DNA of 55,202 nucleotides, filler included, from Sphacelaria rigidula (lineage: Eukaryota): assembly GCA_964200075.2 (NCBI GenBank). It is 6 parts of 6 records of this genome, joined end to end, with 100 filler letters (N's around TTAATTAATTAA, not from the genome) between each part and the next. Parts side by side here need not be neighbours in the genome. Positions count along the whole stretch, not along the records: positions 18,437 to 27,554 come from CAXNAA020009259.1; positions 27,655 to 36,770 come from CAXNAA020009260.1; 4 more parts are not named here. One strand, 5' to 3'. The first letter of the stretch is position 1. Every line of letters starts with the position of its first letter. The translations under genes were made by a program, and so were the position numbers. Below the pieces are notes generated by a model. The model did not search any database. It was not told the DNA's origin and saw only the letters and a list, made by a program, of their open reading frames with translations. This document shows positions 25,031 through 35,885 of the stretch, piece after piece.

Positions 25031-25089
25031 GCGCGAACAACATCCTATCAACGCAGAGACCCAAGACTGCTCTCTACAGCTCCATACAC

Positions 25090-25851
25090 AAACGACCCAA
25101 CTGGAAAGTTCTATCTCGAATTGCCTCGCGACATCCAGGGCAAGGACACCAAACCCCGCGTCTCCGTGCATAGATTCAAACCATGCAGGAACCCGCATGA
25201 TACAAGCGACATGCCCAAGTACCTGCCTGCCGGATTCACACAGTATGTTCTCAACAGCTACTCGACCAAGTCCCCGCCCTACCACGTTACCACCGATGAC
25301 GTGACGGAACAGTCCCTCCGATTGACCGTGTCCACCATCTCCGGTCACCAGACAAACCGTGGTCGAGGTTAATTACTGTCATGTATAAGACCCACTGGAA
25401 CGGTCTCCGAAGAGCGTCTTGGGAACGCGAATCCGACCTTCAATTGCACCGCCGTGCAATCCTCCTGTACTGGACGCAATCTCAATATCAGAATCTTGCT
25501 CACAACAAGAAATATCGCAACATGCGTCGTAGCGCAGCAGCCCGCGAACTTCACCGCGACCAGGGACTACGCTTCGCCGCCGATGGTTACGAACTTGTAC
25601 CCACCAAGACTTGTTAGACGAAGTTCTTTGCAAACGAGCGAATACTACCCAAGGGCAGCTATCCTTGGTTTAAAGGCAGCGAAAACCTCTGGTGGTTGGG
25701 TCAGACTCACTCCGCTAACCTGGTTTCTGCCGACACATACATCGTGCGCTTCATCAATGACCCTGGACCGATACAGCTCAAGCTCCCGCCAGCACTGTAC
25801 ACCACCAACCCATCTGCACCACGTGGATCCTGGTGCCTTCAGCGCCTTTAG
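25090..25851 (+). pseudogene. Integrase C-terminal tail: SH3/GPY-F-like, chromo-like and PWWP-like segments
   Basis: YLELPRDIQG...RVSVHRFKP; TVSTISGHQ...MYKTHWNGLRRASWERESDL; LPKGSYPWFKGSENLWWLGQ...TYIVRFINDPG. RNase H and integrase core are not seen. Confidence 0.7.
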
Positions 25852-26960
25852 TCCAAAGGACTTCGCCGCGGTCTCCAGCGCAACATCGACCACACCCACG
25901 ACGTCCACATCCGCTTTGATCGACGCCCCTTCGCCGCAACTGTTGCCCCCCTTCTGTAGCATTGTTTGCCCTCCTTTCTTCACTAGGATCCTATTCTACG
26001 ACATCCACAACAGGCCCACCTATATCGGACGATGATCGAAAAATTGTTGACGATACCCACCATCTACGACTGCTGGAGCTATAGTATCCCCTTTCGGCTG
26101 GCGCTCGATCTCGTTGGATCACCGATTTTCAGATTTTGCTTCCAACCAACATGCGTGGTCGCATACTGATCTTGCAATTCTTTCTCTTTTCCCCCTAGGT
26201 TGAAGCTCTGCTCCCTTATGTACCTTTGGATTCCCCCACGTCGAAGCTCTGCTCCCTGTTGTACCTCCCTGCCGTTTTTTCCTCTTTGGATTACCCCAGG
26301 TTGAAGCTCCCTCCCTGTTGTACCTCTCTGTTGTCCCCCTTCGTTTTTCCAGGACGCCGAAGCAATTTGTGCTTCTTCGTTGATTGCTAGCACAAGCAGT
26401 TTGTGCTTTCGCGTTTCGAAGCAGTTTTTCTGCTCCTCAAAGCAGTATATGCTTCCCTTCTTTTGAGGTGTGGGAGTGGGTACGGGAGTGTTGGATACGG
26501 GAGTGTTTCCTTACAATGCCTTGAGGCAAATCTGTTGCATACGGGAGCGTTTCCTTAGGTATGCTTTATTAGCCGCTCATGACTTTACGAGCAAAGAAAA
26601 ACCTTAGTTTTCGCTGCTTTGAGCAGAATCCTCATACTGTAATAAAGGTTCGTCTGGGTGGGTTAGTGTCATGACGCATATTTGCCTGTTGCGATGCCGC
26701 TTCAGACCCGTTGAAGAGTCTGGCTATTTGCATTTAGGGAATTCTAAGACCTAAGACTGCAGTTCTGCCTAGAGTTGGTCAGGTACGAGTGTGAGTTAGT
26801 ATATGGCAGAGACGATGATGGCTCGAGCGTGCCTTTGTGCGAGCGAGGGCCACCCGCTGTCACTAGCGCCTACTGCCCCTCTCTCAGCAAAGAGGTCTAA
26901 CGCCGGTGAGACTGAGTTACTGAGCGTGCTACTGGATTGATTGAGTAGATACTGGAAGGT

Positions 26961-27554
26961 ATGCGAATTGTTTTCTAATACGAACGGTAACTTGTCGATT
27001 ACTGTTCCGTTCTTCAAGGGCTGCCTGATGCCGATTCCCGAAAGGTTTGGTGTTGCTGTTCGATGGTATCCTCGGATGTTTAACTGCCACCTTCCCTCAG
27101 GTTTTGAGAGCCGTTTGAAGTTTGTGGTTACAGTTGATAAAAATCAAACTCTCTAGCTTTCACAGATGTTGCGACTTCGGTGCAGTTTGTTACCGTGACC
27201 ACCTCTGAGCAGACGGGAGTACGCGCTAGAGCAACGAAAGGCAGCTATGATCCGATTTGCCTGCCGTACTGCCGACAGCGTCGGGTGAAAGCCACAAGAC
27301 CCTTGCTGTCGGCGGTTGATGGCGTGGGTCTCGAATACAAAGACATGCGGTTGATCGTAGAGCACTCTCGTCTCTTTTCTCAACTTGTGATAATCCATGA
27401 CCTCCTGACATCGGAATGATTATTACTTATGGGAGGCTACTCGTACTGTACCGAGCTTCCACGCGACCAGCGTGTGCTGCACATTGCTTATGCGCCACGC
27501 TAGCAACAGTTAGGTCACCACCATAGGTATCTTTTTTCACTCCGCATGTGAAAA
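26961..27554 (-). repeat. Right arm of the inverted repeat (LTR-like), runs to contig end
   Basis: Reverse complement of 18944-19355 with ~195 extra bp (27203-27400). Confidence 0.9.
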
Positions 27555-27654
27555 NNNNNNNNNNNNNNNNNNNNNNNNNNNNNNNNNNNNNNNNNNNNTT
27601 AATTAATTAANNNNNNNNNNNNNNNNNNNNNNNNNNNNNNNNNNNNNNNNNNNN
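27555..27654. other. Artificial contig linker
   Basis: 44N + TTAATTAATTAA + 44N. Confidence 0.98.
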
Positions 27655-27674
27655 TTGTTTTGTGTGTTGTTTTG

Positions 27675-27676
<2 letters not shown>

Positions 27677-27709
<33 letters not shown>
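27677..27709. repeat. Poly-G run
   Basis: About 33 G near the contig start. Confidence 0.9.
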
Positions 27710-27711
<2 letters not shown>

Positions 27712-28655
27712 GAAGCAACAGCGATTTTGTCGCGAGCCGTGTTTTCAAGGCCGGCGCCTAAGTGTTGTGGTGTAGGCATCTGTACTGACAAGAGACACGG
27801 CGTGTGCTTTACGTAGCGCTCGTGCGCTGTGAAGATCGCCGGTGGGCTACTAGACATATGGAGACGGGCCGGGATCAATTGCCGGGGAAGTATTGAGGTT
27901 AAGTGCCTGCGAATCAGCAATGTGAGCGACTCCCAGCGTATTACTATGTGAGGTATACCCAGGCAAAGAATATCGTGAGCCGAACGGGGCTCTGCGTGCG
28001 AGGGTCATGGAGAGCACGGGAGCTCCTGGTGCTGCCTCGTGAGGAAGGAACGGTGCGTGTTCAGTCAATGGCTACTGACTGGTAGTACAACCAAGGGGAT
28101 GTATGAAACACGTGACGGGTAGGGGGCGGGCTGCATATGCGTGCGGGGTATTGAGTGTGCTGAGTGCACGACGTCGCGGGTGGAAGCCGGACGAGCACAC
28201 TGTACGATAGACGTGCGGATGTGTTATCTCAGGGGTCTCGTGGTTCTGTGCAAGGGCTGGGCACCATGCGACCTTGGGCTGTCGGCCTGCGGTGTAGTTG
28301 TGCTATGCGTTCCACCTTTGCGGGTTTGCGGAAAGATATACACGCAGCTACATAGATATCACAGCATCATCATAGTGCACGTACTGTAATATGGTGTGCA
28401 GCGTGCGGAGAAATAGAGCTGCCCATTTTTTCAGTACAACAGGGTACTTACTGACTGTAGTTTTGCGTGAGCTGGGCAGGGCATAGAGCTGCACCTATGT
28501 TACAGTATAATAGTGTACTGACTCTAATTTGATGGGGCTGCGTTAGCTTACGCATGTGGTTGGTTGTGGGACAGTGGGGCGCTATTCCTACGGCTGGGAG
28601 GCCTCGAATGTACTGTACTAAGCGTGCGTGCTGGAAAGCAAATGGGGAATCTCAC

Positions 28656-29513
28656 CTACCGCCGGGGGTGAATCCGTGTAAGCAATCGTTCCTCGTCACT
28701 GCCCTCCTCCTCCTGTACCGAAGCGGCGCCAGCTGCGCTCCGGTCGGGCTTGCCATGTGTGCTGTCTCCCGCATCAGAGAGCGCCGATCCCGAACATTTT
28801 TGGCGTTTTGGTAGAGGGTCGGTGAGGTTCACCGGGGCAAGGGGTTGGGACTGTAATGCGTGAGAGGACCGCGTGCTTAGAGGACCGCATCGGAATTTGA
28901 ATATCCCTGTGGTTAGGGTTAGGGTTAGGGTTAGTGTTGGGGTTATGGTCAGGGGCGTAGTACCTGCAGGGACTGGCCTGATTGGTTTTGGAAAACGTCG
29001 ATCCTGAGGTGTTTTGAACTACGGCGCGGTCCTCTAAGCACGCGGTCCTCTCACGGATTACAGGGACGTTGATCGCTGTGGCAGCAGAGGGGGGGGTGGT
29101 AGCGGTGGTGATGGTGTGGAGGGCGTGGGGAACGCGCCGGGAAGCACGAGGAAGTCGCCTATTTTCTTCAAGCCACCGTGGGTGGTTGTGTCAGTAGCCC
29201 ACAGGTGGTCCACCGATGCTTCCAGCAGGGCGCGGGTCTGAAGGTCCCTTCGAGCGTCGGGGGTGACACTTGCTGCCATGGAAGGTTGCAGAAGCGTCGC
29301 AATGTTCACGGATGTGGACTGTGCGAGGATGTCTGGACAAACACACAGGAGCTGGTTTAGTGGTGTTTCGTCCGCGGTGAGGCCCAACACCGCGATCACC
29401 TTTTTCGGGTTTATGACGGAGAGGCCCCCCCGCACCTCATAGACCAGCGCGTGGAGGGCGTCGACGGAGGGTATCTCCTCCGGGGCGGACATATCCAGCG
29501 TGTCAGGGACCAT
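28656..29513 (-). pseudogene. Unknown ORF (~213 aa when reconstituted) disrupted by a MITE
   Basis: Removing 28851-29063 plus one TSD joins ...PQRSTS in frame to QPLAPVNLTDPLPKRQK...IHPRR*. Confidence 0.55.
28851..29063. mobile_element. MITE with 38-bp TIRs, 3-bp TSD and an internal TTAGGG tract
   Basis: TIR CTGTAATSCGTGAGAGGACCGCGTGCTTAGAGGACCGC (1 mismatch); GGA at 28848-28850 and 29064-29066; (TTAGGG)3 plus 4 degenerate hexamers at 28913-28954. Confidence 0.92.
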
Positions 29514-29789
29514 TGCGAGGTAGTTGGCGGTTGGATTGTAGGAGTTTGGAGGTAGTGTGCGAAAGGAGAGGGCGAGCCCGCGTGCAGCGGGGAGAGCCTT
29601 CGCCGTCGGAGCTGTCTCAAATCGGTTTCTACTTCCCGTGCTGTTTCTCGGTGGGTAGGAATCGATAATCAGTGAAGGACTGGCGACGTGTGGCGCTCAT
29701 ATATCACTCGTTCTTGACAGTCCCGTGTCATAACGCCTACGGCTATATGTAGGACTTCCTGTCAAATGATCCACACCTTCTACAAACCC

Positions 29790-29910
29790 GAAAAGTGGAT
29801 ACCTGAAAAAGGTGTAGGGACACCTGACAAAACGTAGATGTATAACTGAAAAAGGTGTAGGGACACCTGAAAAAAATAGAGGGATATCTGAAAAAGTTAG
29901 AGGGACACAC
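29790..29910. repeat. ~21-bp degenerate minisatellite (ACACCTGAAAAAGGTGTAGGG)
   Basis: About five degenerate units seen directly. Confidence 0.75.
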
Positions 29911-30365
29911 GCGGCCATTCGGCTACCCCCTTGGAATCCTCTATCGCGATTTTCATCCTCTCGGGGGTAAAGTGATCCTCCCGAGGACGAAAATACCCTC
30001 TACAGGGTACGAGTATTTCATACTCAGTTCCGGTCATAAAACGAAACCTCTGGAGGGCATCTGATGCTCCAGTGACTTCTGAGGTCTGAATCTCTACAGG
30101 TGGTTTTCGTGAACGTTCTCTAGAGGGAAATATGAAGGGCAGAGGGAAACATGAGCATCATTCCTCTGGAGGAGGGACCGGCTATGGCCTCTCAGGCATT
30201 TGCTGCGACTCCGGAGGACATACCTTAGCCGTGCAGTATCCTCCAGCGTGTACATTTACTCTTGTGCACTTGTGTCGTAGCTGCTCACAGGGCACCTTTG
30301 GGACCCCAGCAATCTTATGGTATGGGCCATCACGCCAGATACATCTGTATCACCCGCCGTTCACA

Positions 30366-30463
30366 TTGACCTTCCTCTTGTGTGACCCCGGCTGGTGCGC
30401 CCACATATACCGAAGAAAGGTGTAGATCAGTGTCCAGAATAGATGGGGCGACAACATACAATG
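30366..30463 (+). mobile_element. 5'-truncated retroposed copy sharing the SINE 3' tail, 15-bp TSD
   Basis: CCTTCCTCTTGTGTGACCCCGGCTG...TCCAGAATAGATGGGG matches 7130-7223; CACCCGCCGTTCACA at 30351-30365 and 30464-30478. Confidence 0.88.
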
Positions 30464-30792
30464 CACCCGCCGTTCACAGATTGAATTGCAAAGACAACAC
30501 TCATTCCCAGCTAAAATACCACCACAAAACCCCTGCAGCAAAGAGCACGAGTCGGGAACAGGGATATAGATACACACTGCAGTATTTTAGTTGGGTATGA
30601 TATATGTCTTGTTGGTCGAAGTTCAGACTCGAGCATCTTCTTCCATGGTCGCGGAGTCGCGCAGTGCCGGAACCATGCGGGGTAGGGTCCGGGCAAGCTT
30701 ATATGGCATACACACCCATGACGGTGTTAGTGCAGACAGACAAAGCTGCGCACACTGTTCAAGTCTTTTCCACGTTGCACTGTCAGCAGAAA

Positions 30793-30826
<34 letters not shown>

Positions 30827-30830
30827 GTAT
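30793..30830. repeat. (AC)n(AT)n microsatellite
   Basis: Seen directly. Confidence 0.9.
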
Positions 30831-32179
30831 CTATAGTCCTGCGCTGTCTGTACTGTACTTTGCCTGCTTCCCCTTCACGTCCTACTGACTGCAGCGGTGA
30901 GCACGCTGGAAAAACGGGCGTCGTGATGTATGCTCAGTAGCTGACGGTATGTAACACCCCCATGCACCCAAAGTTACAGGCATCCACTTTATTTAGCTAT
31001 GCGTGGCTCATATGCCGCGCTAACTCTGCAGTATATTGCACCGCACGTAAATAACCACAATACGGTACTGTCCTGCACGGCATTGTACAGTTCAGTACAG
31101 CACCAAACCGTGCTTATTGTTGTGATGTTCATATCGTCGTCAACGTACAGAATAAACCGCGATCATAATTTGTGGCGTTTTTATGGTAGACTCGGGACGA
31201 CAGGGTTTAAAAACCTGTATACATACATTTCAGAAGTTCATGCTGGTATGTCAAAATAATCATCCCTAACCAAAGCTGTACAGCGCGCCCACGTGGAAAT
31301 ACATTCGCGATCAGTGTGTGGGATTTGTAATCAGCCGAGCTTGTTGAAGACTTCGATCCCCTTGCCCAATTGATGAATGGAATGGGGGGCAAGATAATGA
31401 GTTTTCAACAATTTCTGCTTTATCTCGATTCTCATCCACTGATACGGTGCAGCATGTGGGACTTGAACAGCAGAAGTTGCTCGCAAATAGGTTTTCGTTT
31501 TGCCCTATTTCAGGTATTGGCGGGCAAAATGAGGATTTATTTCGAATAACTTCTGGTGTACAAAGTCCATATGCGAGTGTATATGGGATTTGAATAGCCT
31601 CTGCTGTTTGAAATAAATCATTTTGGCCCGATTCCAATAATTTGGAATTAGGATTTATTTCGAATAACTTCTGGTGTACAAATTCCAGATTTTTTTATAG
31701 CACTTGTGATACAAACAGACGGCAGTCTCCAGTTGTGGTCAACATTTGCTTACTCTACAGTGCAGATTGATCACTGAACTAGGAAAACAACAAAACTTCG
31801 GTCAACGAGTACGAAATTTCACTATTTCGGGTGGGACCTTTCATTCTACTTATTGTTTTACTGCCATCCACTTGTGCACGAGTTCGTTCATATTTATTTA
31901 CTACAGGTCGATCCTTTCACATCTTTTCATAAAGTACTCAAGCTCCAAACCGTCTCACCGTTATTCTTGTAACAATGGTAAGCTCACAGCACGTGGGGAT
32001 ACAGTCCAACGCAGTACAGTACACGTCGATCGTCAGGATATCCTTGTTCACAGCTTCAGGTGATTTGATTTCTTTCGTTCGTTGGTGGCGTTGAAAACCA
32101 GAGCCTTCTGAGCGGTTCTGAAAACACCAGGGCATCATAGCATTGCACCGATTCTTAGAAAGAATCGGATTCAACCAGA

Positions 32180-33310
32180 TGTAAGAGGTATGTTTATGTA
32201 CTCCGTATCTTGACGGATTACCTAACATCCTCACCCCTGGCCGCGGGTACTAGCCAGTTCCCGCAATCAGTCTTCCGGGCGCATATCTTTGTTTCGAATC
32301 AACGGCCCATCATTATACTGTCCCCCTTTTCCCCAACGCATCACACCGCGATCCGTAACACCCCCCGTCAGTCCTAGGATTGAAAACCCTGGGACTGACG
32401 TGGTTCACACGATAGATCGCCGCGTTACCATGTCCTTCTTCCGAGTGCTCAGCGTTGGGGTGTAGCCGTCGATCTTGATAACCGCTCTGCCGGGTTAGAC
32501 CACGTGGGGAAATTGACCACCGTGCAGAACGATCCCTTTTTCTCCATTAATTAGACCCTGAAGCGGTTCCGGTACCCTGTTCCTTCACCGCATATTTCCG
32601 CACATCCGACGGCGTCATCTCTTCCCAATCCCCATCTTCATACTTGATACAGTAATACGGCTGACGGCAGTCGAACACTTCCCCGTCGAACTCCTGCTGC
32701 TCACCTTGGCTGTCCACAAACTGTTTACGTATTCTGGTCCCTCCAGGAATGAGTCGCAAAGCTTCATCCCGAGGGAAAGAGTCTCTTTCCGCTCGAGATG
32801 GGTTAACGGATAGGCGTGGTTTGGTTTACGGATTAAATAGTTCCCACAAGGCATGAAACACGTCCAACCGTAGCCCAGTGAAACTGTCCAAAACTTCCTC
32901 CTCTGAAAGCCAGTGAGATTCGACTCCGTCATGAAACAACCTCCGATAGGCCCACTCCCAGGACGACCCTGATTCTAACACCACTTTCCTATCTGTCAAT
33001 ATGTACAGTTGCGGAACGGTCGTGATCTCCTGAGCTAACCCCAAAATCTTCATCGGCGGCGTCCTGCTGTCACTAGGGTTTGCAGCCCTCAGAAATCCTG
33101 CTCCTTGCCGCTGTAGTTTGCCCGATATGTTCCCCCAAATCACCAAAGACTTCCACCACTGCTTTGATGCATAGCTCCCCCCCCCTGCCCCGGTGCCCAG
33201 CAACACCGTTACTGGTGAGCGGTGGCTACTCTTGCTGTGGTGCCAAACTTCAGCTTGTACCCACAGCTGTTGTACATCGCTCCTACTCGCTTCGGCTAAA
33301 ATGGCGTTCG
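32180..33310 (-). mobile_element. Internally deleted Gypsy-like LTR element relic: protease joined to a chromo-like and Tudor-like tail, PPT and 3' LTR
   Basis: VTVLLGTGAGGGSY (LLDTGA with D>G); one frame 33206-32547 with a single internal TAA; PPT GACGGGGGG followed by TGTTACGG at 32360. LTR end uncertain (32180 or 31968). Confidence 0.7.
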
Positions 33311-33324
33311 CGCTGTTCTAAGAC

Positions 33325-34263
33325 GCATGGGAAACTCCTCGCTCCCTGTCAACCTGTTCGAAAACACATGCAAAACTCCTGGCTCCCCTGTCAACCTGCT
33401 CGAAAACATATGGGAAACTCCTGGCTCCCTGTCAACTTGTTCGAAAACACATGGGAAGTCCTGGATCCCTGTCAACCTGCTCGAAAACACATGGGAAACT
33501 CCTGGCCCCCTGTCAACCTGTTCGAAAACACATGGGAAACTCCTGGCTCCCCTGTCAACCTGTTCGAAAACACATGGGAAATCCTGGATCTCTGTCAACC
33601 TGGTCGCACGCACAAGGGAACCTCCTGGATCCCTGTCAACCTGTTCGAAAACACATGCAAAACTCCTGGCTCCCCTGTCGACCTGTTCGAAAACATATGG
33701 GAAGTCCTGGCTCTCTGTCAACCTGCTCGAAAACACATGGGAAACTCCTGGATCCCTGTCAACCTGCTCGAAAACACATGCAAAACTCCTGGCTTCCCTG
33801 TCAACCTGTTCGAAAACATATGGGAAACTCCTGGCTCTCTGTCAACCTGTTCGAAAACATATGGGAAATCCTGGACCCCTGTCAACCTGATCGAAAACAC
33901 ATGGGAAACTCCTCGCTCCCTGTCAACCTGTTCGAAAACACATGCAAAACTCCTGGCTCCCCTGTCAACCTGTTCGAAAACACATGGGAAATCCTGGCTC
34001 TCTGTCAACCTGCTCGAAAACACATGGGAAGTCCTGGATCCCTGTCAATCTGTTCGAAAACACATGGGAAACTCCTGGCTCTCCTGTCAACCTGTTCGAA
34101 AACACATGTGAAACTCCTGGCTCCGCTGTCAACTTGTTCGAAAACATACGGGAAATCCTGGCTCCCTGTCAACCTGCTCGAAAACACATGCAAAACTCCT
34201 GGACCCCTGTCAATCTGTTCGAAAACACATGGAAAGTCCTGGCTCTCCTGTCAACCTGTTCGA
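33325..34263. repeat. 40-42-bp minisatellite, ~23 units
   Basis: Consensus CTGTCAACCTGTTCGAAAACACATGGGAAACTCCTGGCTCCC. Confidence 0.97.
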
Positions 34264-34584
34264 CAAGCAAGGCCTTGACATCTTGAGCCTTCGTCCTCGC
34301 CCATTTTCCTGTATGCAATCAAATCCTGCTTGTTTGCTGCATGGTGTAGGCATATATATATATATATGGTTCATACAACTTTCTCGTACATCCATTCGAT
34401 GTCCGGCTTGTATGTTGGCAACTTGCATAGTCTCCACGATAAACACACTAGTCGTTCATTCCAAGCCAACGACTTCCATTTGATTATTTTCAGTGTAAAT
34501 CCGGCAAAGGAACGTGTGGAACCCATGGACTCTCAGGACCAAAAGAATGTAGCCCTGCCCCCCGGGACGATTATAGCGCGCGCA

Positions 34585-34705
34585 GGTAGACGGTCATCTT
34601 CGAATTGATCGTCGGAGCACGCACGTAGACGGTCATCTTCGAATGGATTGTCAGAGCGTGCACAAGTAGACGGTTATCTTCGAATTGATTGTCGGAGCGT
34701 GCACG
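34585..34705. repeat. ~40-bp tandem repeat x3
   Basis: GTAGACGGTCATCTTCGAATTGAT...GGAGCGTGCAC at ~34587, 34625 and 34667. Confidence 0.85.
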
Positions 34706-34999
34706 AGTATAGGCGGTCAACGGGAACTGACGGAGCATCCGTCTGATGGCCGCATCCAAACACATTAGCCTGCAGCTTCACTCATAGCCGCTCAATCGTT
34801 GTGGATCTGAGTTTATTATCACACTCATAAGTAGCTACATGAAATTTGGCAGGCGGGCACCAACAATAATTGTTGACGAGCAACTGTTGCAGGCTTCATG
34901 CAGTCCTGTGATCCACCGCTGCGGGTAATACTGATCAAATAATGGTATGTTCAGCAGTGGACCTGTAAACAACCACCCACGTATTCACAGTCGAAATAT

Positions 35000-35885
35000 A
35001 ACTATAAGTACATGGTTAGGTTTGATCTCTTAAAATCGAAACAACTTCACAGAACTCTCCATTTGTTTTACGTATGCATGGCTCGTTTATACTCTTTGAA
35101 GATATGTACCAAGGGGGCAAACGATCAAACAGGGGAATCACGTAAAGCTTTCATCAATTTTCCATGACAAAATAGCATTTATTTCGAGCATTAATGATTT
35201 CCCCCCCTGACCAGGTGGTGGGGTAAATACCTCATGTTTCATTTATTCAAGCCTCGCAATTTCTATTCATGGCTAATCGGCTTACATCGTATCGTGCCTG
35301 CTAGCACGTATGCACAACCAGTTTGACATTACGGTTACACAAGTAGATTTTCGTGCATTAGCGGACGGCAGCGTAACAATTTCATTCTCTATCAGTTGCA
35401 TACACGGTAATGTATGAGGTGCGGCTATTAGGTGCACACGGAAACGATCACCTATGTATTGAAAGTCGTGAAGTAAAGTCAAAGTACATGGTTGGGTCTG
35501 ATTTCTTCAAAAATCGGAGCAGACATCACATAGCCCCGAAGTTCTCAAGCATGTATGGCTCGCCCACCCACCCTTTGGAGCTATCCAGCAAGGGCAAAAC
35601 TACCAATCAGGGGGGAACCACGTTGAAGTTACATGCAACTTCTATGGTAATAACACACATTATCGCATCAATGATATGCCCACCCCCCCAACCGGGGTAG
35701 AGTAAATACCCCATGTTGATTCAAGCTTTGCAACTTCCATTCACGACAAATCGGCTCACATGGTATCGTGCCTTGTAGTATATATGCACAACCAGTATGG
35801 CATTACGGTCACACGAGCAGTTTCGTGAATTTGCGAAGTAAATAGAGAGTAAAAATGACATTCTTTCACCGTTGCATCCGTGGCC
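35000..35885. repeat. Old ~480-bp tandem duplication
   Basis: AAGTACATGGTT, GTAAATACC, GTATCGTGCCT, TATGCACAACCAGT and CATTACGGT each recur about 470-480 bp apart. Confidence 0.8.

Larger units (their letters stand above)
19089..26960 (+). mobile_element. Decayed, internally deleted Ty3/Gypsy LTR retrotransposon
   Basis: Order gag-like, protease, RT, integrase C-terminal tail; many stops and frameshifts; candidate PBS TGGGGTCT at 19688; purine-rich GGGTGGGTTAG followed by TGTCA at 26667. Outer boundaries are approximate. Confidence 0.9.

Noticed and set aside
18944-27554. DIRS-type element
   Set aside because: The RT is Ty3/Gypsy-type with a protease and an integrase tail; no tyrosine recombinase is seen.
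28913-28954. True telomere
   Set aside because: Only three perfect units, internal, and enclosed by MITE TIRs.
33325-34263. CRISPR array
   Set aside because: The would-be spacers are ~16-bp near-identical variants, there are no cas genes, and the context is eukaryotic; this is a minisatellite.
33080-34286. Long overlapping ORFs (343, 275, 187 aa)
   Set aside because: By-products of a stop-free repeat unit read in all three frames.
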